14,375 bases of DNA, from positions 1 to 14,375 of the forward strand of contig JAVKHQ010000052.1 in NCBI GenBank assembly GCA_031459875.1, written 5' to 3'. Below are positions 1 to 7,915 of the stretch, one piece after another. The notes under the pieces are model-generated. The model was not told the origin of the DNA. It was given only the letters and a program-made list of their open reading frames with translations, and ran no database searches. The DNA comes from Candidatus Fervidifonticultor sextus. Lineage in GTDB: Bacteria; Sysuimicrobiota; Sysuimicrobiia; Sysuimicrobiales; Humicultoraceae. A program made the translations under genes and the position numbers. Numbering within the stretch: position 1 is the stretch's first letter; the number at the start of each line of letters is the position of its first letter.

Positions 1-467
1 GCCAGGCTGGCCGGCTGGTCGTCCCACGTCACGTAGTCGCGCACCGCCTGCCCCTGGACGAGCGCCGTGTGGATCCAGTCGATCCACGGCCGGCGCTGCT
101 CGGCGGCCATGGGCCCGGTGCCCCCGAGCACCAGGAGCGGCACCCGGTCGCACCAGGCGTTGAAGATCGCCATGCTGGCGTGCTGGAGCCCGACGACGTC
201 ATGCACGATCGCCGCCATCGGCCGGCCCGCGGCCTTGGTGTACCCGTGCGCGACCGCCACCGCGATCTCTTCGTGACAGCACTGGATGATCTGCGGCCGA
301 CGGTTGCCGCCGTAGTTTACGAGGGAGTCGTGCAGCCCCCGGAAGGTGGCACCGGGGTTGAGCGCGGCGTACTCGACGCCGAGCGCGCGGAGCACGTCCA
401 CGACCAAGTCAGATCCGTACAGGGGGCGGCCTCCCGTCGATCCGCCGCGTGGTGCCTCGATGACCAT
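1..467 (-). CDS. Thiamine pyrophosphate-binding protein (acetolactate synthase/benzoylformate decarboxylase-like), 5' part, runs off the left edge
   Basis: Not in the ORF track; translated by hand: MVIEAPRGGSTGGRPLYGSDLVVDVLRALGVEYAALNPGATFRGLHDSLVNYGGNRRPQIIQCCHEEIAVAVAHGYTKAAGRPMAAIVHDVVGLQHASMAIFNAWCDRVPLLVLGGTGP... The HEE..AV..AHGY motif is the TPP N-terminal (Pyr) domain with its catalytic Glu. ATG at 467 with GGAGG upstream. Confidence 0.9.
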   Translation of the reverse strand, partial: MVIEAPRGGSTGGRPLYGSDLVVDVLRALGVEYAALNPGATFRGLHDSLVNYGGNRRPQIIQCCHEEIAVAVAHGYTKAAGRPMAAIVHDVVGLQHASMAIFNAWCDRVPLLVLGGTGPMAAEQRRPWIDWIHTALVQGQAVRDYVTWDDQPASL

Positions 468-560
468 GCGCGCCTCTCGCCTCCGGCGTCTACCTCTGGT
501 CGGAGGTCTTCCTGACGGCGCGCCGGGTTGCCTTCCCCCCAAAGGTCCGCGTCGGGACGC

Positions 561-896
561 TTAGAAAGCCTCGCGCATGAGACCGGAGACCAGGACGCCT
601 CTCGGCACGGTGGCGGTGGAACGTCGCACCTGCGGGCGTTGCTGTCGCACCTCGTTCTCCCTCATCAGCTGGTCGAGCTTGCGTTCAGCTTCTTTCAGGC
701 GGCGGTCGTCTCGCGTCAGGGGTGTCCCCTTCAACCGGCCAGCATCAGGTTTCTGACCCGGAGGTGCCCCCCGGCCGAACCGTGCCGTCGTCCTCCCGCC
801 GCAGCAGGCCTTCGACCGCGCCTCCGACGACGGGCAGACCTCGGCCTCGCGGGCCAGTTCCCTGAGCACTGCCCTGAGCCCCTGCAGGGGCCTCAC
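561..896 (-). pseudogene. Degenerate ORF, possibly an IS3-family transposase OrfA-like remnant
   Basis: The segment GRLKGTPLTRDDRRLKEAERKLDQLMRENEV resembles the coiled-coil tail of IS3-type OrfA proteins (roughly 'RRLKEAERKIGELTMENE'). The rest of the ORF looks scrambled and no terminal inverted repeats were seen. Confidence 0.3.
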
Positions 897-1332
897 CAGC
901 TACCGCCTCCGACAACTTCCCTCGCGAGGTGCACGGCCTCGTCAGCGAGGGCCAGGGCCTGCTTGGCGTCGGCCTCGCTGAAGAGCTCCCATGGCGTCTT
1001 CCACGCGGCCTCGGCCCCGTAATCGCTCTGCGCGTGGATGTCCGGGCCGAGAAGTCGTGCACATTCCGTGATCCGCTCGACCCGCGCCCTGACCTCTGCC
1101 GGAAACCGGCCCTCTTCCAGGGCCTTTCGCAGCAGGACCGCCGGGTTGTGGGTGCGCCCGAGCGGCCCCAGCATGGCGAGCGCGGCCTTCCTGGCGTTCT
1201 CGACGGCAAGCTGGTTATTGTCCACACACGAGCGCCAGCGGGCAAGACCCAGGTCCTGGCGGGCCTCGTTCAGGAACCTTCGGCGAGGTTCAGGCGGTAC
1301 TCGCTCTCGCTGCCTGGCGAACTTCGCCTCAT
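893..1332 (-). pseudogene. HEPN-domain protein (partner of an MNT-HEPN module), frameshifted
   Basis: ATG at 1332 overlaps the upstream stop (ATGA). It reads MRRSSPGSESEYRLNLAEG, then after a 1-nt loss near 1275 (GAAGGTTCCTG) continues FLNEARQDLGLARWRSCVDNNQLAVENARKAALAMLGPLGRTHNP...HAQSDYG...TPWELFSEADAKQALALADEAV. This is the helical HEPN pattern 'QxAVExxxKA...xTHx...xY'. Confidence 0.75.
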
Positions 1333-1688
1333 ACCTTCAGCCTCGGTGCCCAAGGCCCGGTTGGCTGCTTCCTCCACGCCACTCGTGGCCTTCCTCGGTC
1401 GACTCCCGGTAGAGGCCCAGGTCCTCGATGAGCCGCCGCAGGCGTGAGAACCGCTCCGCCAGGTACCCCCGCGGGTCGTAGAGGATTTTCCCGTCCAGGG
1501 CAATGTCCAGGTAGAGACGGCAAGTGGTCCTCGAACTCCTCCGGCGTTCTTGCGAGGAATGAGACGGCCTTACACCCGGGAGGCAGGAGCTGCGTCAGCG
1601 CCACGGCCACAAGGCGGTCGCCCAGGACCTCGCTCAGGGCCTGTACCGTCAGGTCGGCGACGTTCTGCTCACGGGGTTTCGGCTGCAT
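1329..1688 (-). pseudogene. Minimal nucleotidyltransferase (MNT) antitoxin, catalytic motif deleted and doubly frameshifted
   Basis: Reads MQPKPREQNVADLTVQALSEVLGDRLVAVAL|TQLLPPG..., with the expected FGSxARG...DxD segment missing at about 1595. ARTPEEFEDHLPS continues in another frame as LYLDIALDGKILYDPRGYLAERFSRLRRLIEDLGLYRE (shift near 1515) and returns to frame near 1375 (WRKQPTGPW). It lies directly upstream of the HEPN gene. Confidence 0.75.
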
Positions 1689-2032
1689 CGGCTACTTCCT
1701 CCTCAGCGGAGGGTTCCGCGGCAGAAAGTTCCTTCAGGCTCCGCTGGATCTCGGCGAGCTCCTGGTCGGTAAGCCCCCACAGCCTCGCCGCCTGCCGGTC
1801 GATCTCGGTCTCGATGCGTCTCAGGACCGCAGCATCCTCGCGTCCTACGTCTTCGTGGGCGCCCTCGATGTAGTCCCGCACCTGACGGATCGAGTTCCTG
1901 GTGGCCGCATCCGGCGGCTTCTTCAGCGTACCCGGGCGTTCGTACTCAACGACGAGCCGGTTGAAGCCCGCGTCGGCCCGTCCGGTTGCGAGCGTGTACT
2001 CAGTGACGTTCCCCGGGGCTGACGGTGGGTAT
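1669..2032 (-). pseudogene. Internally deleted remnant of a type IIG-like restriction-modification gene (N-terminal nuclease piece fused to the extreme C-terminus)
   Basis: The start codon is ATA where the other copy has ATG, and 149 bp are missing relative to 12604-12754. EYTLATGRADAGFNRLVVEYERPGTLKKPPDAATRNSIRQVRDYIEG is joined in frame to AHEDVGREDAAVLRRIETEIDRQAARLWGLTDQELAEIQRSLKEL, which matches the 'EIDxxxxxL(W/Y)GLTxxE' tail of Eco57I-like enzymes. Confidence 0.75.
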
Positions 2033-2199
2033 TGCCTGTTCTCCGCCTGCTGGGCTCAGTTTTGCATCTGGAGATCTCGCTCCCACTCGACAGTTCCCCC
2101 TCGCTCTGCCTTCAGGCGCCCGGGAAGCCGCTCCGCCCCCTCAGCGCGGATCTCGAGGTGGCGCCGGCAATGAGCTGGAATCCGCAGCTTGAGGCCAGG
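1862..2199. repeat. Diverged direct repeat, copy A (pairs with 12464-12951)
   Basis: 1865-1911 is identical to 12467-12513 (47 nt). 1865-2001 aligns to 12467-12603 with 9 mismatches counted by eye. 2004-2199 aligns to 12755-12951 with more divergence. Confidence 0.95.
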
Positions 2200-2309
2200 G
2201 CGACGGTGGGCATCCGGCGCGAGGTGGTCGAGCGGCTGCGGGGGGTGATCGTCGCCGGGCGTTGTCGGGCTGGGTCATCGGCATGCCTCCCGGGAAGTGG
2301 GAGACGCGC

Positions 2310-4004
2310 CTACCGCCTCCGCCAGGCCTGTGTCCGCCGGTCCAGGTACCGCGACAGCAGGACGTGGAGCAGTTTCACCGCCGCCGAGGTGTAGACGATC
2401 ATCATGGCCATGGCCGCGGCGGCTCCCTGCTGGCCGGTGTCGTCCATGTACACGGCCGCGATGGAGGCCAGCCGGGTCTGGGGGACCCACAGGAAGATCA
2501 CCGCCGAGACGGTGGTCATCGCGTTGACGAACATGTACACGGCGATGTCCAGAATGGCCGGCAGGGACACGGGCACCGTCACCTTCCAGAAGGTTCGGTA
2601 GAAGGGTACCTGCAGCGACGCCGCGACCGCCTCGAATTCGCCACCCAGTTGCTTGAGGGCGGTGGTGGCCGTCAAGTGGCTTACGGTGTAGAAGTGCGCG
2701 ATGGTGTTGATCACCATGATCGCCAGCGTGCCGTAAAGGAAGCCCAGCGGGTTGGCCGGGTGGTTGAAGAAGAGGATGTAGCTGATCCCCAGCACTAGCC
2801 CGGGCACGGCCACGGGCAGCATGGCGAACAACTGGACGACCGAACGGATGGCCGGGCCCGCACGCGTCTTCTCCTGGAAATACGCGCCGGTGAAGACGAT
2901 GGCCGTGCCGAACAGCGCGGTCAGGCCCGCCATCCGCAGGGAGTTGAAGTATGGGAGCCAGCCCTCGGTCTCAAAGCGCGAGAACTCGTAGTTTCGCAGG
3001 CTCATCGCCAGGTTGTAAGGCCAGAATCGGATGAACGATCCCCAGGCGGCAGTGACCAGGAGTCCCACGATGGGAATGGCGATGAGGGTGCAGATCACAA
3101 ACAGCGACCGATCGGTGAGCGGTTTGGGGGTAGGCGAGAATGGCACGGCCTGCGCCGTGAGCTGGGCCATCTGCCGCTGCCGGATGTATCGCTCGGCCAG
3201 AAACGACAGCACGGCCGGCACCAGCAGGGCCACGCTCACCACGGCCCCCATCTCGAAGTTCTGCCGACCGAAGACCTGCTTGTAGACATCGGTCGCCAGG
3301 ACATTGAACTGGCCGCCGATCACCTTCGGAATTCCGAAGTCGGTGATGGTGAGGGTGAAGACGACGAAGCCGGCGCTGATGACGCCGTACTTGACACCCG
3401 GCAGGGTGACCGTGAAGAAGACTCGCCACGGTGAGGCACCCAGGGCGGCGGCGGACTCGTAAAGCCGGGCGTCGGACATGCGGAGCGCGGTCACCAGGAT
3501 CATCAACGCATGCGGGAAACAGTACACGGTCTCGGCGATGATGATCCCGATGGGGCCGTAGATGGAGCGCCCGAACAGCCAGTCCCTGACCAGTCCCTGG
3601 TTGCCAAACAGGTAGACCAGCGCCAGCGCCTGGAGCAGCGACGGGGCCAGGATGGGGATGAGGGCGACGGCGCCAAACAGGCCTTTCGCCTCCATGCAGG
3701 TGCGGGTCAGTGCATAGGCGTAGACGAACGCGGTCGGCAGAACCAGAACCGTGGTCGCCAGCGCGATGGTGAGGCTGTTCCAGAACGACGAGAAAAGCGC
3801 GGGGTTAGAGAAGTAGTCGGCGTAGTTGGCCAGCCCGACGAACTGCCCCTGGCGGCTCAGCACGCTCCGGGACAGGAGCGCCCACAACGGCAGGGCCACG
3901 GTGACCGCCAACCATAGGGCCAGGCCCGCCAGGCCCCCGCGTGCCAGCCACTCGTCGCCCGCGAGTTTCTGGCGGACCCGGCCCCCCCCGACCGCCGTCG
4001 CCAT
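2310..4004 (-). CDS. phnU2: ABC transporter permease with two fused transmembrane domains, putative 2-aminoethylphosphonate (PhnU2)/FbpB-type
   Basis: 564 aa hydrophobic protein with two EAA loops (LYESAAALGASPWRVFFTVTLP and FEAVAASLQVPFYRTFWKVTVP) plus 'ALVYLFGNQGL' and 'TDFGIPKVIGGQFNVLATDVYKQV', typical of the PhnU2 family. Confidence 0.9.
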   Translation of the reverse strand: MATAVGGGRVRQKLAGDEWLARGGLAGLALWLAVTVALPLWALLSRSVLSRQGQFVGLANYADYFSNPALFSSFWNSLTIALATTVLVLPTAFVYAYALTRTCMEAKGLFGAVALIPILAPSLLQALALVYLFGNQGLVRDWLFGRSIYGPIGIIIAETVYCFPHALMILVTALRMSDARLYESAAALGASPWRVFFTVTLPGVKYGVISAGFVVFTLTITDFGIPKVIGGQFNVLATDVYKQVFGRQNFEMGAVVSVALLVPAVLSFLAERYIRQRQMAQLTAQAVPFSPTPKPLTDRSLFVICTLIAIPIVGLLVTAAWGSFIRFWPYNLAMSLRNYEFSRFETEGWLPYFNSLRMAGLTALFGTAIVFTGAYFQEKTRAGPAIRSVVQLFAMLPVAVPGLVLGISYILFFNHPANPLGFLYGTLAIMVINTIAHFYTVSHLTATTALKQLGGEFEAVAASLQVPFYRTFWKVTVPVSLPAILDIAVYMFVNAMTTVSAVIFLWVPQTRLASIAAVYMDDTGQQGAAAAMAMMIVYTSAAVKLLHVLLSRYLDRRTQAWRRR

Positions 4005-4010
4005 GATCGC

Positions 4011-5138
4011 TCAGCCTCTGGTGAATACGCGAAGACGGTCGGGGGGGAGCGACACTGTGATGATCTTGCCCGAGGCCAGGTCGTATTCGCGCTGAAGGTG
4101 GATGGGGATGTCGGCCCTGACCTCGGCGGTCCCGGCCGCCGTCGGCCGCAGCGTCGCGCGGTAGAACGATCCCAAGAAGTCCAGAGCGATGATCTCCACC
4201 GCTATGGCGTTTGTGGTTGAGGCGCCGGTGTTACGGACATCTACGTCCTCGGGCCGGAAACAGACCCGGACATGGGAGCCTATGGAGATTCCGTCGGCGA
4301 CGCCAGCCCGCAGTTTCGTGTCCCCCACCCGGATCACGCCGGGGGCCACCAACTCGCCGTCCAGGAAGTTCATTTCGCCCACGAAGTCCGCGACGAAGGG
4401 CGTGGCGGGATTCCGGTAGATCTCGAAGGGCGTGCCGATCTGCTCGATGACCCCGTGGTTCATGACGACAATCCGGTCGGCCATCGTGAGCGCTTCCTCC
4501 TGATCGTGGGTGACCAGAATGGTGGTAATGCCCAGCCGCCGCTGGAGCGCGCGGATCTCGTGCCGCAGGCGGACGCGGAGCCGGGCGTCCAGGGCCGAGA
4601 GCGGTTCGTCCAACAGGAGTACACCCGGCGAGGGCGCCAGCGCCCTGGCCAGGGCCACTCGCTGTTGCTGGCCGCCAGAGAGCTGGGCCGGGTACTTCCT
4701 GGCCGCGTCGGGCATGCCGATGAGCGCCAAGAGTTCGTTGACACGCGCGCTGATCTGGTTACGCCTCAGCCTGCGGCTGTGGAGCCCGTAGGCGATGTTG
4801 TCGAAGACGGTGAGGTTCGGGAAGAGCGCGTACGACTGGAAGACAATCCCGAAGTGGCGATGGGCCGGCGGCAGGGTTGAGATGTCGCGGCCCCGGTGCC
4901 GGATGCGGCCCTGGGTCTGGACCTCCAGCCCCATGATGATCCTCAGCAGCGTGGTCTTCCCGCACCCCGAGGGGCCCAGCAGGCAGACGAACTCGCCGTG
5001 GAAGATCTCGAACGACACGTCCATCAGCGCCGTGAAGGCGCCAAACCGCTTCCCGACGCCCTCGACCTGGAGGTCGGGAACCGCCGTCTGGCCCGCCTGG
5101 TCCCCCGCCCCGGCGGCGTGGAGGCGGGATGCTCTCAT
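4011..5138 (-). CDS. phnT2: ABC transporter ATP-binding subunit, putative 2-aminoethylphosphonate (PhnT2)/PotA-type, with C-terminal TOBE region
   Basis: Walker A GPSGCGKT, Q-loop FQSYALFPNL, signature LSGGQQQRVALAR, Walker B LLLDEP and H-loop VTHDQEEA. The start is ATG 5138 or GTG 5144. Confidence 0.92.
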   Translation of the reverse strand: MRASRLHAAGAGDQAGQTAVPDLQVEGVGKRFGAFTALMDVSFEIFHGEFVCLLGPSGCGKTTLLRIIMGLEVQTQGRIRHRGRDISTLPPAHRHFGIVFQSYALFPNLTVFDNIAYGLHSRRLRRNQISARVNELLALIGMPDAARKYPAQLSGGQQQRVALARALAPSPGVLLLDEPLSALDARLRVRLRHEIRALQRRLGITTILVTHDQEEALTMADRIVVMNHGVIEQIGTPFEIYRNPATPFVADFVGEMNFLDGELVAPGVIRVGDTKLRAGVADGISIGSHVRVCFRPEDVDVRNTGASTTNAIAVEIIALDFLGSFYRATLRPTAAGTAEVRADIPIHLQREYDLASGKIITVSLPPDRLRVFTRG

Positions 5139-5208
5139 GGCCACGCCGGCACCCGCTGAAGCCGAACCGAGGCGGGGGCTCGCGGTCTCCTCTCAGAACT
5201 CCACGGGG

Positions 5209-5735
5209 CTAGATGGTCCGCTTGTCGCTCTCGAACCGTCGTCCGCACCCCCGGAGCATGCGGTCTCGGTTCTTCGCCATTCACCCAAAGTCGTTCTTGA
5301 ACATCTTGGCTGCGTCGACGGGCGGGCAGAATGGCGGGATGTTGGCCACGCCCGGCAGGGCCACGATGGTGTACCGCTCGTTGTACATCTCGTTCGCCTT
5401 GCGGCTGACCGACCAGTCGGCGAGCAGGCGCGCAGCCGCCCGGTTCCTCGTCCCGCCGTGGATGGCTGTAGCCTCCATGTCCCAGCCCGCGCCTTCTCGC
5501 GGGAGGATGACGTCGATCGGCGCACCTTCCTGCTTCAACCGGGCCCCCCATATGTCGAACCCGATGCCCAGCGTATGCTCGCCCCGGGCCGCCCGCACGC
5601 GCGGCGCCGAACCGGAGTGGGTGTAGAAGGCCACGTTGGTGTGCAGCTGGTCCATCAACTTCCAGGCTTCTTCCTCCCCGAAGAGCTGGAGCTAGGCCAC
5701 GATGGGCTGGAGCCCGTCCCTGAGGAGTTCTGGTC
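5209..5735 (-). pseudogene. Decayed second copy (C-terminal half) of the PhnS2-type substrate-binding protein
   Basis: Reads NSSGTG [frameshift] A*LQLFGEEEAWKLMDQLHTNVAFYTHSGSAP...GWDMEATAIH...KMFKNDFG*MAKNRDRMLR. In-frame stops are TAG at 5692-5694 and TGA at 5281-5283; the first aligns to a Trp of the intact copy. It is colinear with the C-terminal half of 5926-6975 and the N-terminal half is absent. Confidence 0.88.
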
Positions 5736-5925
5736 ACGTGCACGGGATGCTCATCCACGGTGAGGAAAGGGTGCTGGGATGTTGGCTTCTCATCCAGACA
5801 CGCGACTGGTCGGTCTCACTCGGCCAATGCTCCACGCGTTCGTGGTACCAACGCACCGACGCCGAGGCCACGCGGGGCCGGTGCTGTCAGGACGCAAATC
5901 CGACACCCCCTGCGGGCTCCGAGTG

Positions 5926-6975
5926 TCAGCGGGGAGCGGACTTGCCCTCGTACCGGCGGGCCCACTCCCGCAGGATGCGGTCACGATTCTTCGCCATCCC
6001 CTCGAAGTCGTTCTTAATCATCTTCGCTTCGGCATCGGACGGGTAGAACGGTGGCAGGTTGGACATACCAGGAATCCCCACGATGGCACTCCACTGGTTG
6101 TACATCTCCATCGCCCTGCGGCTCACCGCGAAATCCGCCAGCCGCCGGGCGGCGGCCAGATTGCGCGTCCCGCGGTGGATGGCCGTCGCCTCCATTGCCC
6201 ATCCCGCCCCTTCCCGCGGGATGAACACGTCGATGGGCGCGCCCTCCTGCTTGAGCCGCGCACCCCGCAAGTCGAGCCCAACGCCCAGTGTGAACTCGCC
6301 CCGCGCGGCCTGCACGCACGGCGCCGACCCCGAGTGGAGGTATACGCCGATATTCTCGTGGGTCTGGTCCATGAACTTCCAGCCATCCTGCTCGCCGAAC
6401 AGCTGCAGCCAGGCCCACACGGTCAGGTATCCGGTGCCCGAGGAGTTCGGATTGGGCATGACCAGCAGTCCCTTGTAGGTGGGATTCGTCAGATCTTTCC
6501 ATGATTGCGGTCGGCGGATGCCACGACGGGCCGCCTCCCGAGTATTGAAGCATACCACCGAGAGCACGGCATCCATGCCGGTCCACGCCATGGGGTTCTT
6601 GCTGCTGCGGAACTCGGGCTTGAGCTGCTCGGCGCCTCGCGGCGTGTAGGGTTCGATCGCACCCAGTTCGTCGAGGAGGATAATGCTGATGACATCCACC
6701 CCCCACATGACGTCGGCGCGGGGGTTGGCGCGCTCGGCCAGCAATCGCGCCGTGATGACGCCGCTTGAGTCGCGGACCCAGTCGATGACGATGCCAGGGT
6801 TCTCACGCTCGAACGCATCCCTGTAGGGTCCGAGCTGGTCGTTCTCCAGCGCCGTGTATACGGTCAGCCTGATGACCTGGGCACGGGCTTCACCCAGCAA
6901 GCCTACAGCTAGGACCGCGGTGACCACCACGACCGTCAGGTATTGAACCGCGCGCTTCCACTGCACATCCCGCAT
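5926..6975 (-). CDS. phnS2: ABC transporter substrate-binding protein, putative 2-aminoethylphosphonate (PhnS2/AepX-like) family
   Basis: Signal peptide MRDVQWKRAVQYLTVVVVTAVLAVGLLGEARA with a GGGAGGG RBS before ATG 6975. Motifs LTVYTALENDQL, WVRDSSGVITARLLAE, PNPNSSGTG and HSGSAPC. The ORF-track start at 7239 overlaps the SDR gene and is unlikely. Confidence 0.9.
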   Translation of the reverse strand: MRDVQWKRAVQYLTVVVVTAVLAVGLLGEARAQVIRLTVYTALENDQLGPYRDAFERENPGIVIDWVRDSSGVITARLLAERANPRADVMWGVDVISIILLDELGAIEPYTPRGAEQLKPEFRSSKNPMAWTGMDAVLSVVCFNTREAARRGIRRPQSWKDLTNPTYKGLLVMPNPNSSGTGYLTVWAWLQLFGEQDGWKFMDQTHENIGVYLHSGSAPCVQAARGEFTLGVGLDLRGARLKQEGAPIDVFIPREGAGWAMEATAIHRGTRNLAAARRLADFAVSRRAMEMYNQWSAIVGIPGMSNLPPFYPSDAEAKMIKNDFEGMAKNRDRILREWARRYEGKSAPR

Positions 6976-7120
6976 AGTGATCCCTCCCCCGGACGGAGCA
7001 GTCCGCTCCAAACCATTCCTAGCCTTGGACCTCAGGCCTGCCATGCACCACACCCCCTCCACCGGTTCAGGTTTCAGGCGTTCCTTGATGTCCCCGCCCC
7101 GAGACGTCGTCCGCCAGATT

Positions 7121-7915
7121 TCAGGACATCCATGCTCCGCCGTTCGCTTCAATCGCCTCACCGGTGAGAAAATCTGCATCCGGGCTACACAGGAAAGTGA
7201 CAACGCCCGCAACATCCTCGGGGGTTTGCAAGTGACCAAGAGGAGTGTCCCGCACGTACTCTCGAATCACGTCCTCCGCCGTGATCCCACGGAGTGCGGA
7301 CTCCCACAAGACCTCCCGATCCTGCATGGGTGTCCTGACATACCCAGGGTTCACCACATTGACCGTAAGCCGGTGCGGTGCCAGTTCCTTGGCCGCCGCC
7401 TGGGCAAGCCCCAGCAGTGCGAACTTGGAAGCCGAATAGTGAGCCAGCAGCGGCGCAGCACGGCGTGCTGCCATGGAAGCGATCGCTACGATCTTCCCTC
7501 GCAGCTCACGCCCCGGCATGGGCTCCTGCTGCACCATCCGTCGGGCAAAGGTCTGCATGGTGAGGAACGCGCCCCTTGCGTTGACAGCGAAGTTGAACTC
7601 CCACTCCTCGTCGCTCAGATCGAGGAAGCGATTCATGGTTGAGACGCCAGCGTTGACGATCAGCAGGTCGAGCCGTCCACCGTTGGCGTAAAGTTCCGCT
7701 GCGACGGCCTCGAGATTGGCGCGACTCGTCACATCGAGACGCCGGCCTGTAGCCTCGTTCCCCGCTGCCACGATCTCTCCGACCACAGCGCGCGCTGCCC
7801 CTTCGTCCACGTCCGTCACCCAGACCCTGGCGCCCTCCCGCGCGAGACGGTGGGCGATCGCCCGCCCCATGCCCGACCCCGCTCCTGTGACCAGCGCGCT
7901 AAGCCCTGCCAGCAT
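7121..7915 (-). CDS. Short-chain dehydrogenase/reductase (classical SDR, probably NAD-preferring, sugar/polyol type)
   Basis: TGAGSGMG Rossmann motif, acidic residue after beta2 (VTDVD), NAG motif and catalytic S...YSASK. Its start overlaps the end of the kinase gene. Confidence 0.93.
   Translation of the reverse strand: MLAGLSALVTGAGSGMGRAIAHRLAREGARVWVTDVDEGAARAVVGEIVAAGNEATGRRLDVTSRANLEAVAAELYANGGRLDLLIVNAGVSTMNRFLDLSDEEWEFNFAVNARGAFLTMQTFARRMVQQEPMPGRELRGKIVAIASMAARRAAPLLAHYSASKFALLGLAQAAAKELAPHRLTVNVVNPGYVRTPMQDREVLWESALRGITAEDVIREYVRDTPLGHLQTPEDVAGVVTFLCSPDADFLTGEAIEANGGAWMS

Noticed and set aside
1..467. TPP enzyme as part of the cassette pathway (e.g. a phosphonopyruvate decarboxylase or ketolase step)
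   Set aside because: It is separated from the cassette by about 1.8 kb of pseudogenes, appears to lie outside the island, and resembles the general acetolactate-synthase-like group. There is no evidence of linkage.
470..900. att-site duplication of the tRNA-Thr 3' end (TGGAGCCGGCGACGAGATTCGAA) at the far end of the island
   Set aside because: No convincing copy found by eye here or near the internal repeat, so the island boundary is not defined by att sites.
2283..2307. Hairpin after the permease stop as an intrinsic terminator
   Set aside because: The stem is short and imperfect (CTCCC/GGGAG core) with no U-tract, too weak to call.
5281..5694. Stops at apparent Trp positions in the SBP remnant as evidence of an alternative genetic code
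   Set aside because: One is TAG and one is TGA, both single G-to-A changes from TGG. Intact genes in the window use TGG for Trp and end in TGA/TAG normally.
6976..7239. 437-aa version of the substrate-binding protein from the ORF track
   Set aside because: It overlaps the SDR gene and buries the signal peptide. ATG 6975 has a good RBS and gives a typical length.
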